In this document: positions 51,438 through 64,000 of the stretch, piece after piece
Layout of the letters: every line of letters starts with the position of its first letter
Numbering within the stretch: position 1 is the first letter of the stretch
Assembly: GCA_001662655.1 (NCBI GenBank)
Contig: KV460214.1
From: Pseudogymnoascus verrucosus
Taxonomy: Eukaryota
Length of the DNA: 64,000 nt
Direction: 5' to 3' (one strand)
Position numbers and translations under genes: made by a program
Notes under the pieces: model-generated
What the model saw: only the letters and a program-made list of their open reading frames with translations
What the model was told of the DNA's origin: nothing
Databases searched by the model: none

Positions 51438-52151
51438 GATATGATAAAACCATTAGCGTTATTGGAGTTATTATAGTTGGGTCATGTGATATCTCGTTGT
51501 CACGTAGCATTAGTCTCTATGTTACTGGGTACTGAGTCTACTGAGTCTACTGAGTCTATAGTATATAAAGTTTGCCTTGCGCTAGACTAGAGAGAAGTGT
51601 GGACTCGCAGTTGCCATGTTCCTGGCACCTTAACTTTTTAGTTTCGAATTGGGAAAAGTATGAGCTACCCCGCAATGCGGCACCGACCCCACATTTAAGA
51701 CTGTCAATATTCTCGAATCCAAAAATTCTACAGTAGCATCTCACAAAGATTGTCAAGTTGAGGCTCCATATATTATTGTAAGACTTTGTTATCCTCACCA
51801 GTCAAATAATCATGGCCAGGATAGATATGTAGATGTTACCTTGTGTGACTATCCGTAGGATGCGAAGGATTCCTCGTGACATGGAAAAGGATTGGCGGTG
51901 TCAGATTTAAGCAACTAACCGAACCTATAATACGCTACACAACATACAAAATTGGCTTTTTTAAGTTAGTAGGGTGTTAATGACATATATTTTCCGCGAA
52001 TGGGCCGGTCTAGTCCATTTGTGAAGCTGATGTATCCGCGGTTGGGCCGCATCATATATAATAGTGGTACCAGCTGTTCGTTGGGCAAATCGAAACACTC
52101 TACACAGCCAAGAGCCAACAGCTTCAGCAACTACTGTCTTCCCCTGACAAC

Positions 52152-52553
52152 ATGAAGTTTTCAACGCTCTCCCTTCTCAGTCTCGCCGCCATTAGCACAC
52201 CAGCCCTTGCATGTGTACAATTCTCCCTGAACTTCAACCTCGGTAAATGATCCCCCCAAAGGACTAATCGCGTTTGCTAATACCCGCCACGTTTAGATGC
52301 ACAGCGTATAAATGCCGCTTTAACAGATAATGGCGGTCAGAAATGCGCGATCACGGACCAGTTCTTCGGGATTATAAACAACGGCTATGATACCTGGGTT
52401 TATTTGAGTTGCGTTGGAGGCTACCAAGCTGGCATTTATTTGGCCACTGGAGAGGTTCACTATAAATACGGTAGCTTTGATGGAACTTTTGGTACGACGC
52501 AGACGGTAATTGGTCATACGACTTATTGGACTGCGAATGTTTGGGGTTGTTAG
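52152..52553 (+). CDS. Small secreted 4-Cys protein (115 aa), effector-like, function unknown
   Basis: Exons 52152..52242 and 52297..52553 give MKFSTLSLLSLAAISTPALA-CVQFSLNFNLDAQRINAALTDNGGQKC...LSCVGGY...YWTANVWGC*. TATA-like sequence at 52055. Confidence 0.8.
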
Positions 52554-52695
52554 TATTGATCATTATTAGCAATGACTACTCCCACTTCAGGCTCTTTCCC
52601 GTTCTTTGGCAAGAAGTGTACTAACGAGACTCCTTCTTCATTATTCATCTCATATGTATTACTAATATCTCTTGATATATGTTAATACATCCCTC

Positions 52696-53577
52696 TTAGA
52701 TCATAGGCTGTAGAGCCCACGTCCTCACAGGATATAATTCCCTAGGAAACCCTCGCTGTAACTCCGTCCTCACAATTTGTAGCCCTGCTTCCTTGAACAA
52801 CTCCTTGAACTTTTCCTCCGTCCTATCACAAATATTAGCTTTGCTCCTATGCACTCCCAAAACCATCCACAAAAAGAGACAAACATGACGCCAAACGGCG
52901 CCATAAGAAACAGGGTAGACAAACCGAGTGACACTGCTATCAGTCTCATCATACACATCCTCCTCACTCGTCAAATTCTCCTTCACCACAATCCACCCCA
53001 CCACCTTACCCCCCTCCTCTCTCCTCAATGCCTCCCCACACCTCCGCAAATACCCAACAAGCTGAAGATCCGTCAGGTGACCAACACACCACTGGTTCCA
53101 AACAAGATCATACACCGCACCACTCGCCGGCTTCCACAGCTCCAGCCCAACATTATACACCTCCCCCACACCCGGTACATCCGCCAGCGCATCCGTAAAC
53201 TTCTTAATCGGCTCCACAACATCCACCTTATCCGCGAGCGACAGCAACAAGCCTCTCGTAATGCGTCCAATCCTGCCCACACAAGACCTGTTAGCCAGCT
53301 CGTTCACCCCACGGCATCACTCCAGCAAAAACTCCACTCACCCAGCCCCACAATCAACCGCCCTCCTCAAAGGCTTCGCATCCCCCTCATTCTTCCCAGC
53401 CAAAACCCCCAGCTTCGCCATCAGCGCCCTGCTACCTTGTAGATCGACGCGGCTCACGTGCGGGAATCCGCCGAGCATGCCGTCGACGTCCGCGTTGATG
53501 CCAGACCAGTACTCGATCGAGGCCGAGTGGTCGATTTGCGCGTCGGGCGTGCCGGTGGAGAGGTCTATGTCGGCCAT
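52696..53577 (-). CDS. TAE1: Alpha-N-terminal protein methyltransferase (Tae1/Ntm1, NTMT1)
   Basis: DGMLGGF, VDCGAGIGRIT (after splicing), WNQWCVGHLTD, VKEN and DSSVTR. Introns 53273..53341 and 52823..52924. Confidence 0.9.
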
Positions 53578-54059
53578 GGCGGGGTGGATGGCGGGGTGGT
53601 GGGGTGTTTTTTCTGGGATTTGCTGGGTTTGCTTCCAGTTCGGGTGGATGATGACTTGTTTTCCTTGCGCTGGCCCGTGGCTGTGATATATGTCTAAAAT
53701 AAACTTGTTTTTTTATAAATTATTTGATAAAGGGGAGTTCGTTGGTCGACAAACACGTGTGGGCGACAATGGTGGTCGGATTTACGCATTCGTCTCCCGC
53801 ATATTTCCTTTCGCCTATTCTGGCTAGCGCCTTTTACTTTTAAATACTCCATAACTGCCTTTGAAAATGGGGTATCAACAACGACCCATCACTATAATCG
53901 AGGCAGAAAAAAAATTATAATGATCTGAATAAATAAATATGTGCTTGTAAATAAGCTAAGTAAATCAATGGAATCGCTCCCCAGCTATGCTGTCTAACAA
54001 ATTTTCTACAGTAAATATTCATGGCCATATCATGCGTACGTTATTGTGTCATGCGTACG

Positions 54060-55069
54060 CTATTGTGCACGATAATCTGGCAGCTCGTATATATGGTCAT
54101 TCCTCTGCTCCCCCTGGTATATCTGGGGCACAACGTTGCCCTGGTCACTAAATTGATTACTCCTTTGCGCCTGTTCGTACATTCGTGGAGCTATTGTGCT
54201 CTCATCACTCAACTGATTCCTTTGCTCCTGTCTGAACATTTCGGCGACCACCGTACTCTCACTCCCCCACTGATACGGCATTTGTCCCTGAAACTTTTCC
54301 TGCTGATAATAGCCAGATTTTATAGCCATATTCTTCGGTAGATCGACGTTCTGCCTTTTCCTCCGACCAAAAGTGAACCAACCTGCGATAATGCCCGAGG
54401 TGATTGCAGCGGCGATTCCAATTCCTATTCCAGCCTTCACGCCAACGCTCATCCCAGCAGGAGGCGGCGAAGCAACATCAGTGCTAGATGTAGATGTTGA
54501 TTCGGCCGCTGACGTTGGGGTTGATGTATCCGCAATAGTAGAGGATGTAGTGTGGGTTGAGCTTGTCGTCTCGGTGGAGCTTGTTGACTGTGCAGTACTT
54601 GTTGGCTGTACTATGGCGGATGCTGCAGTGCCTGTGATATTGAAGTAATGGCTGTTCGCCGCTGAAGCTGATTCTCCTTCTATGAACAGACAAAGATAGA
54701 ACATGTTTGACACAGAAAGATCTTTGTTTGTTTTCACAGTCCAGCTAAACGATCCAACATCACCTGGTACGTTTTCTATGAGAATAAATCAGTATGAAGC
54801 GAACACATATAAACAATATATGGAATAAACATACGGGTGATGTATTCCAATGGTCTTAAAAATTACGTCCCGTTTAATTGGAACATGATTAGTGCAGTGC
54901 GACTGTTCGCTCCTCCTGGTGTCCATTGAACGTTCACCACCGAGTCCTCAATATAAATAGTATTTAAACTGAAATCGCCAAAAACTACAAACGGGGGAGG
55001 TTTAATAAATGTCATACAAAAACCGGCAACAGAGAGCGCCAAAAGACGAATGGATAACAAGGGCCGCAT
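54060..55069 (-). pseudogene. Signal peptide, beta-rich ectodomain, Ser/Thr stalk and single TM protein with a premature stop
   Basis: MRPLLSIRLLAL... is interrupted by TAA at 54863..54865. The frame resumes across intron 54776..54834 into FSWTV...SHYFNIT, an S/T stalk and the GVKAGIGIGIAAA...RRKR TM segment. Confidence 0.6.
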
Positions 55070-56172
55070 TTTGCAGGTTTGAAAACGTCTCTGCCGTTGA
55101 CTGTTGACAGATGCACCGCGCAAACGCAAAAAACAGAGACGAGGAAATAAAAAATCGGGAATGAGGGTAAGGAATATAAGAAGATATGCTAAACACGCTA
55201 AACTGAGCTCTTACGATACTTTTGTGACAGTTATTTTTTACAACGAGAACCCAAACTCTACTGTTGTTGGTGATGGTTTGGTTGTTGGCGGTTACAAGAT
55301 GCGTCAAGTGCCTGATAGGTCCGTCCCGCCCACGGACCCTTGTAGCCGCAGACCCACCCATGCATCCGCTCTTCTTTCTAGCCGCCCATCACTTTAACCC
55401 TTCCCCGTTTCGGTGCCTGTCACCGACAAAACCAACAAACCAATCCCGTTTGATTCTTTAATTGGATACTATTGACCCATTTGGCCAGATCTAAAGCTAT
55501 CTGTTACAGTTGATCCGCTGCCAAGATGTACTCGTGCTACCAAAATAGATAGGGCGCGGGCGAGGCAAAATGCACCGACGAAAGGTTTCAGGAGCACTCG
55601 TATAGTATATTTCAAGCCTTGGCCTAACATCTCGCTTCTTTTCCTTCGCCATGTTTTGAGTTGTGGCAAAGTCAGCATCACAGTTACGCTGCTTCCAAAT
55701 AAGCCCTCGAGTTCCAAGCTATTCAGGTTCTTTACGGTCTTTCTTTGTCACGGTATTTATAGAGGGACTCGGTGGCGACTTCGACGACAAGGCTGACGTA
55801 GCTGAGCTGGAGAAACTAGAGAAGCTTGGACTGCCAAAAGATAACCTCGAGGACGCCATTAAGGTCGCCCTGCGACATTACCGCAACGACCCGTTTCACT
55901 ATTGAGAATAGTTGAGTGGAAGTGAATATAGAGGGTGTGAATCGAAGACAGTAAGGAAGGTGCGACCAATGTGTTGCTTGGTAATCGTTCCTGCCATTTT
56001 CTCTGACTTCACAGTTCAGAGGAAGCTGCGACTGGGTTTGCTTGATAATCATTCCTTCCATATCAATAAATATCACCAACTCGAAGTCTCGAACGAAGCT
56101 GCGACTGATGCTTTGATTGGTAATCGTTACAAGGATATATACTTCGAGCTTGTCCCCCACAAGGTTCGTAGA

Positions 56173-57338
56173 TTATATCTCCCTCTTCCCATCCCCTAAC
56201 TCTGCAGGGATACCTCCATATGGCGCATACACATTATTAGCCTTCCCAGCGCTATTTTTCTGGGCGCTCCCCCTCGATCCCTCCATCTCATTTACAAAAA
56301 CTGGCGCATCCAACTGCGTGGGGGTTCTTCGAGAATCCAGCTCTGATATCCCCCCTACATATCCATATTTCTCTGATAGATCCGGCACAGAGTGCTCTTC
56401 AGTCCTATTCTTCCTCTTGCGCCGTCTCATAAGTAGCCATAGAGCTACGCCAATAAATACAGCTGCGCCTACTCCGACCGCGGATCCTATTCCTGCCTTG
56501 CCCCGGTGGAGAGCCCGCTGGCTTGTAGTATGGGTGTTTCTGTGGGGGATGATGCAGGTGTTGTCGTGGGTGTGGTCTTTGAAGAACTCGAGGAGGACGA
56601 CGAAGAGGGGCTCAGGGTACTCGTTGTAGAAGTTGGACCAATTGTCAGCGGAATTTTAATTACGGCTGGGGTATCGCAGCAATCTGTATTTGACTGCCCA
56701 CAACACCAGGTCGTGGCTTGCTCGGCGTCCTTATCACAGGGTGTGACCGGAGCGTTGCCATTGGCGTCCTAAATGTCATGTTAGAGTCTGCATAACTAGA
56801 TGTGTCATCTAACAGTCGGGAACATACAATAGGGCAGTCGTTGAACGCATTGAGACAATATTCACTTTCCCATGTTTGGTCACTGTAGCTTTGGCGCCAA
56901 TATCGATTAGCACCAATAATGGTTGCGTTGGCTATCGTAATTCCGCTTGGAAGACTTCGCCTCTAATCAGCACATCGTCTTTTATAGATCATGTCTCAGG
57001 AGCGCATTCTATCAAAAAAAGAAGAGCGTGAGGGTACATACCAGCCTAGGTCTGGGGGATAATTGAACACGCTCTCATCAGTGCTCACTCTATAGCACAT
57101 GCTAAACTTCTGGTTTTGATTACATGGCACCTTCAACATCGTGGGGTCAGCAGAGGTCCTTTTATAACCCAGCCCCAGGAGTCCGTTTCGTCAAAAACGC
57201 CAGAAAGTTACATACGAAGAGCGAGCCTGATGCTGCATGGTTGCCATCTTCTCGATAACATGCAGTTGATGCTGCTGTTGCAAAGGACGACGTAAGTAAA
57301 ACGATTGGAGAAACAGAGAAAAGAAATTTCTGCGCCAT
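56173..57338 (-). pseudogene. Decayed Cys-rich, Ser/Thr stalk, single TM (Mid2/Wsc-like) protein gene
   Basis: Signal peptide and CY..DG start, later TPC...WCCG...CC, S/T stalk and TM followed by RRKRK. Several stops in the 5' part and an apparent 1-bp deletion near 56498. Confidence 0.6.
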
Positions 57339-59676
57339 TTGAACATTTCTATACAGCCGAGATGTGAGGAGATGGCAAACCTTGGGAGAAATGAAGGATG
57401 GAGATGGCTTTACCACTTAAGTTCACATTGATGTTTATCTATAATAAGAGTTTATCTATAATAAGACATTACGTTGATTGGGTTGAGCGTGGGCGCTTAA
57501 AATACGTAGGTGTAAGCGCTCTCTCCCCAGACCTAATGCTACCGGAACGGGTGACCAATAGAAATAGGGAGGTTATAAACGCTTGGGGGATGATCGCTCG
57601 GGAATATGATATTCCACACCTAAATCAGGTGACTCTCACGGGTTCCCTTCGGTTTGCAGCACCAGCAAGCGTCACCACAAGGCAGAATACAGTATATAGA
57701 AAAATAGTAAGAATTATCTACTCTACTCGATGGGCTACGTGACTACATATAGGAATCCTGGGGGGTGGCCGAAACCCCGAGTTTCTGTCCACTGTTTCGT
57801 TAGCTGGTCACCAGACTAGGAGAAGCTAATGGGATGCCCCTGGGAAACTCCCCAAAGCAGGGTTATTCCTTTGCAAATCACAAGTTTATCGCCGGAATCT
57901 CCAACAATTAAGAATAGTCACTCTACCCTCTCCTATAATACTGTTTAATTACCTATAGAAAAGCATAAAACAAAAAGAGCAAATATAACAAAGACTAAAT
58001 TAATAATTTTCTGGAAGTCTACCTTACTCACATGATCGTCTTTCTGCGCTACGCTCATGAGGCTAGGTCTTTCAAGAGGTCGTCCCCATCCCATCTCCAT
58101 CCCCATATCACCACTCACATCACCACCTTACCCCTCCACCATAGGCAGACCACAAAATAGACGCAATCTACCACCCCCTCTCCTCCATCCACCAATTCGA
58201 CGCTCATAACACCCGCCAAGAAGCCCTTTCTTATCTCCCTCTCTCTTCGGGAAGGTGTGACGCTCCCTCGTGCTTGGCATTGCTTGGTACTATATACAGG
58301 GGCTGGGGTTGATCAGGAACCGAAGGAAATAGGATGCTGGCTTCACCTGATTCGATTTAATTACAGGATTCTTAGTTATCAGACTACATGTGTTAGGGCA
58401 TGAATGAATGACTGTAGAACGCGGGGTCTGCCGGCATTGACCATGACCTTAACAGCAAGACTGGTGAACAGAAAAGGAAGGAGATGTCACTCCCTCACTA
58501 GCTAACTAGCCTTGTCAACAGCAGTCCTTCATTAAAACAAGCTGCAACGCACCGGCACTCGCTCGTTTAGAGCACGGTCCCGACGCCTATTCGTGGGATT
58601 CTAAAGGAGAGGGGAAACATCTCCTTGCCTCATTTTTGCATTCTCGTCGGCAATGACAGATCTGATACAAAAGACCACTTGAACATGAGTTGACGGCAAG
58701 GGGCTATCCCGTGACAAACGCAAGTAAAGTCAGGAGCAGCAGGCGCTGTCTCTTTGTGGGGAGGAAGCTGCATCTTGACAATTGAAGATAAGAAATGCCG
58801 AGATCTCCTCGGTAGGTAAAAAATCCAACACCACCCCGCTCCAAACTCCGCTGAATCTGCAAGACATCCTCTATGCCCCTCCACGAGCCCACCCTCGCCT
58901 CGCGCCTACCTCTTCCCGGCCCCACCTCCGAAGCTGCTGCTGTGAAAAGCAGGGCACTTAGTGTCCATAGGGTAGCAGTAAAGACGTCGGCACTATTAAT
59001 CTACACGCGCTGGCCGTCTTAAAGCTTAGATACCGGTACATCGTGGTTGCCACCCTACACCAACCAACCAAGCCCCCCATCCCCCTTCCAGACTCCTTCC
59101 CAATCCATCCCTTGGTACTGCAACAGGCTCCGCTTTTCGCGCCAAGAGAAGAGTGTAATATAGACTTAAAGTGTACGGTATTCAATGACAGGGCGTGGCA
59201 GCTAGGAGGACGCCGCGAGCGATATATACCTGCTTCGTTGGGGCTCTTGGCCCTTTTGCACTTGTCGGAGCTTCTTGTTTTGGACTGGCTGGCTTGGTTT
59301 GTCTTCGCTGATCATTCGAAGGATCATGTTATGGTATGGGATTGTAGAGCTGCGAGATAGAGATAGAGAGGTGGGGTTAGATTGACGTGCATGAAGGTGA
59401 GAGAGTAGAGTTGGGAAGGGAGACGAGATGAACGTATATATAAAGACCTAGTAACCACCTTGTTGGCAAAACAGTTCCAGTCCCAGTCCCTCAGTTCTAC
59501 TTGCCAGTAAGTGTTCACTTCTCACAGTTTGACACTTTGGATGAACCCATCAATTTCCGGCTATCGTCTTAGAGTTCATCCAAAGCAAACCAAAATCTTC
59601 TCCAATCGAACTCTTACTAACACATCAAATAGATCCCCAAACCCACCCCTCTTGACCCCCCTGATCACCGCCCATC

Positions 59677-60875
59677 ATGGCACGCTTCACCCTCCTCACC
59701 CTGGCCCTCGCAAGCACCATCCTCTCCCCTCTGTCCACCGTCCTCGCGCACCCCACCAATGGCCCCCGCAACACAAGGCTCGGCTGCGGCGTCGTGCCCA
59801 CCCCCGAGTTCCTTGCCACAGCCAATGAGATGGCCGCCCAGGAAGCATCGTCGAAATCCGCTCTCGGTGCTCTGACTGCCGCTGGAGGTGTTTCCGCAGC
59901 TGCGACTATCAACGTCAATGTGTATTTCCACGTCGTAGCGAAATCGACCGCTGCGAGTGGTGGGTATGTGACCGCGGCGCAGATTGCGAATCAGGTGACG
60001 GTTATGAATAACAACTATGGTGAGTTTGTAACCTAACCCCTGAACCCCTCGCTTGTGCTTTCTCCCATCTTCCTACTTTTGATCTTGGTTTGGGTTTGAA
60101 ATGAGAAAATGGGCATATGCTGACCAATCTCCAAAGCTGCTTCCGGTTTCCAGTTCACTAACGCTGGTGCTGACTGGACCGTCAACTCCAACTGGGCATC
60201 TGACGGCGCCGAGTTGGCGATGAAGAAGTCGCTCCGCAAGGGTACTTACAAGGATCTGAACATCTACTTCATGTATGCTATCGGTGGTAACTTGGGATAC
60301 TGCTATTTCCCAACCAACGCTGCTACTGGATCCAATGACTTCTATGTAAGTGCTTTGTCAACCCTATAACCAAATTTCCTTAAGCATTGAAGATTAGAGC
60401 TTGAGTTAGAGTTGGGATTAGAGTTTGAGGTTGGTCTTGGAGTAGGAAAGAAGCTAACGAGAGAAACAGTACGATGGCTGCTCCATTCTCTACACCACCG
60501 CTCCTGGCGGCCCCGAAACGAACTACAACCTCGGCAAGACCGTAACACACGAAGTCGGCCACTGGATGGGTCTCTTCCACACCTTCCAAGGCAACTCGTG
60601 CTCGGGCTCAGGCGACAGCATCTCCGACACCCCGCAGCAATTGTCGGCTAGCAGTGGGTGCCCAACTGGCCGTGACTCCTGCCCAACTGTCGCTGGTTTG
60701 GATCCCATCCATAACTACATGGATTATTCTTATGAGTGAGTTTGATTTATTTGATGTTTGGTGGGGATGTGTGAGAGATGGATGGATGCTAATGAGATGC
60801 AGTTCTTGCTATGACAACTTCACTCCTGGCCAGAATACTCGTATGCTTAGCATGTGGAACACCTACCGTGCTTAG
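59677..60875 (+). CDS. Secreted metalloprotease, M43 (pappalysin/Mep1-like) family
   Basis: Signal peptide, propeptide Cys, [11 protein letters not shown] zinc motif and HNYMDYS Met-turn. Three introns. Confidence 0.92.
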
Positions 60876-61664
60876 ATGCGTTCTAGCTTCGAGAAAGGGT
60901 TGTTTCAAACAGAAACTGGTGGAGAGGCGAAATGAGAGTGAGATTGAGACTGGGACTGAAACAATTACCATTGGCCGTTGGAAAATGGGTTGGCTGGACT
61001 GAATGTGTGTCACTTAACGCTTCTGTTAGTTTGATGTTAGGAAGGTATGTTTAAAGCGGTTGGTCAACTCACGGCTTTAGGCGCCTATTGTGTCCTTTGT
61101 AATGAGACAGTTTGACCTCTATGGCAAGCACATCCCAGTCGTTATTGTCGGGACTGTGCACGACTAGTAGGCAGACATCCTCATAGCAGAGCACATCGAA
61201 GAGTCTAATGTCCCCTTCCACTATACCCGTATTAATGTCAACTTTAAGATCGTCGTCGTCTAAGCTAGGATTATCTCTTCGTTTCCTTTTGCATTAACTA
61301 GCTCTGAGGTTGACATCCTATGCTAAAAAGAAGGAGTAGTAGTAACATAAACTAAACCTAATGTTAATCTATAGGGTATATAGATTTATTGCGGGCCTAG
61401 TAGCAGCTAAGTAAAAGCCGGAGGTCGTCTACCCCCTCTTCTTTACCCAGTCTTCATTATACATATGCTAGATGGATGATATTATAGTCCCTCTAGAATA
61501 GTGCTAAATCATAGAGTACTACGGGACATCTATATCCAGCCAGCTGATTCAAATGTACAATAATTTGTCCAAGCTGGCCTCCCAAAACATCACGTGAAAC
61601 GATAAATACCCCTTTTCAGGGAAGGCATTCCACCATTCCACCATTCCTCAACCCCTCAATCACT

Positions 61665-63462
61665 TTACAACCTAGTTCCGATATTAACATGCACAGCCTT
61701 CGAGTTCGTATATCCTGCCAGTCCCGCCTCTCCAAGCTCCCTACCAATACCACTCTGCTTCACACCTCCAAATGGCACCCTGAAGTCACTGTCATTGCTG
61801 GAGTTGATCCATACCATGCCCGCCTCCAGCTTCCTCGCAATACCATGCGCGCGCTGGATATTCTGCGTGAAAACAGCTGATCCCAGGCCATAGATCGAGT
61901 CGTTGGCCATCTGGATAGCCTGCTCCTCGGTCTTGAAAGATGCGATGACCACGAAGGGACCAAAGACTTCCTCTTTGTAGATGTCCATCTCGGGCTTGAC
62001 ATCCGAGAAGATGGTGGGCTTGACGAAGTATCCCTTTCCGTCACCAACGTCTGTGAAGCTCTCTCCACCACAGACCAGCTTTGCGCCTTGGTCCTTGCCG
62101 GACTGGGCGAAGCCGAGAACGCGCTCGTGCTGTACCTTGGTGATCTGAGGGCCTTGGCTGGTGGTTGCGGCGAAGGGGTCACCGACGACTTGGATCTCGG
62201 AGACGTATTTGGTTAAGTCGGCGACAAATTTGTCGTAGACACCCTCCTGGACGAGAATGCGGGATGTGGCGCAGCAGACTTGACCCTGGTTGTAGAAAAT
62301 GCCGATGTGCTATGCATGTTAGGTTGGGTTCGTTTGCTTCAAAACTGTGGAGGAAACTTACAGCCCATTTGACGGCTTGGTCCAGCTCAGCGTCGTCGAA
62401 GATCAACAACGCAGACTTTCCGCCGGTCTCGAGAGTAATGTTCTTCATGTTAATGGATGCCATCTTCATGATCTCCTTACCAGTAGTGGTGCTACCAGTG
62501 AACGCAATCTTATCGACATCCAAGTGGCTCGCAAGAGCCTTTCCAGCCTCTCTCCCATGTCCGTTAATAATATTAATAACTCCCGGCGGGAAACCAGCCT
62601 CCTTAAACAAGCTAGCCATGTATAGAATGGACAACGGGGTCTGCTCAGCTGCCTTGAGGACAACCGTGTTACCACACGCCAATGCCGGTCCCAGCTTCCA
62701 AGCCGCCATCTCGAGCGGAAAGTTCCACGGGATAATCTGACCACAAACACCGACAGGTTCTTTGATAGTATATGCAAGCTTATCGGCACCAACATCGATG
62801 GTCTGGCCATGGTTCTTGTCCGCGTAGCCGGCATAGTATCTTAAGACCGTGGCGCTGCCCGCAACGTCGTCATTGAGGGACACACTATATGGCTTTCCAT
62901 TGTCCCATGTCTCGATAGTGGCCAGCGTCTCCGCGTGCTTGTCGATGAGATCAGCAAGCTTGAACATCATCGTCCCGCGATCCGTGGCGGGGATGTCGCG
63001 CCAAGTGGGGTTCTTGAAGGCGGCGCGAGCTGCGGCAACTGCAGCGTTGACATCGTCTTCGGTGGCTGCGTACACGGAAGTAATCGCGGTCTCGTTGCTG
63101 TCAAATCAACAGTTAGTTTCTGTGGAATGAAACTGGCGGTGAGATGAGCAGGATTGGGCTCACGTCGGGTTGATCGTCTCGATCTTCTGGCCATTGCTGC
63201 TCTTTACGAACTCGCCATTGATGTACAGGCCGATGGGCTGGGTGTACTTGACGCCATTGGGGGCTGTCAATTCGACGGAAAGGTCGGAAGACATCTTAAG
63301 GGCGGTCTGTGTGCTAAAAAGCTGGTATTGTTTATGCGGGCTCGAAGCTGGCGGCAGTCGCGGTGAAGCTTTGAAGCGCGTAATGTACGAGGAAGGTTTT
63401 GAGTGGGCTATAGAAGACAATGCTGCATTGCGGAAGGAAGAATAGAGCTTATGAACGAGCAT
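61665..63462 (-). CDS. NAD(P)+-dependent aldehyde dehydrogenase
   Basis: IIPWNFP, FTGS, LETGGKS, NQGQVCC, EEVFGP and PFGGVKQSG. Introns 63098..63163 and 62310..62361. Alternative in-frame start at 63294. Confidence 0.93.
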
Positions 63463-64000
63463 CTCAAGTGGAATAGAAGTTCAGGGAAAGAGCCAACAAC
63501 AGGCAAATGTTAGATGCGGGGTTACCGTGCGGGGGGGAAGTATTGGGGAGTGGACTGGAGTGGTGTCAGCATATGACGATAGTGGGCTTGGCGCTATATT
63601 GCCGCGGTTGTTCCGAATCTAGGCCTTCAAAATATGAGATGCCTTATTAATCTAAGGCCGCTGTTGGTTTTCTTGGTATTGTAAAACATATATTTTTTTG
63701 ATTTGGGACATTATACTTGTTATATTGTCCTTTTTAAGGTGCGTATATAAGTATGTGCTTTTGTAAACATTTCAATGTATAAATGTAGGTAGCTGTCACG
63801 TACTGTATGTCATCTGCGGCCCATTATGCGGCCACCCCTGGTCTGCAGATAGGTAATCTGAACTGCAACGACACTCATTCTTAACAATTTGGTATTATCG
63901 ATACTATATATGTATATGTTGCTGTATGTCCCGGCATTCCACTCAGATAGTCCTCTTATATTTGAAGACTGCCAGTATATATCCAATTTCAGCTGCCGTC

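Noticed and set aside
55663..56199. Short plus-strand ORFs with protein-like composition
   Set aside because: No ATG start, recognisable motif or consistent splice model; too weak to call.
60394..60440. TTAGAG/TTGGGA hexamer run resembling telomeric repeats
   Set aside because: It lies inside an intron of the M43 gene, is degenerate and is not TTAGGG.
61200..61520. TA-rich stretch suggestive of RIP-degraded repeat debris
   Set aside because: No termini or coding remnant could be recognised to classify it.

Overview
Genomic DNA of a filamentous ascomycete (short GT-AG introns with CTAAC/CTGAC branch points; RIP-type C>T/G>A damage in repeats). The left ~23 kb is a housekeeping block: LAA1/HEATR5, TACO1/YebC, PAC3-like chaperone, DHR1 helicase, GABA aminotransferase, a membrane protein and RAD23. 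From ~23.6 to 41.5 kb is an accessory-looking block. It holds a single-exon NACHT NLR-like gene with a C-terminal ZZ-like finger, a pseudogenised GMC oxidoreductase divergent from an intact catalase, a hydrophilic protein gene, a Fot1/pogo transposon, a spliced 76-aa Pin3/Lsb1-tail miniprotein, a GH11 xylanase and a secreted histidine phosphatase. NHX1 and a sucrose-type transporter follow. A second variable block (48-57.4 kb) holds a TNPTR-repeat surface protein, a complete but RIP-damaged TIR transposon with a retroviral-type integrase (Ginger-like), a spliced small Cys-containing secreted protein, TAE1/NTM1 and two decayed Ser/Thr-rich membrane-protein genes. The window ends with an M43 metalloprotease and an aldehyde dehydrogenase. 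Several of the most interesting items (integrase transposon, two small spliced genes, a fold-back element) are absent or fragmentary in the ORF track. All calls come from reading the sequence; no searches were run.
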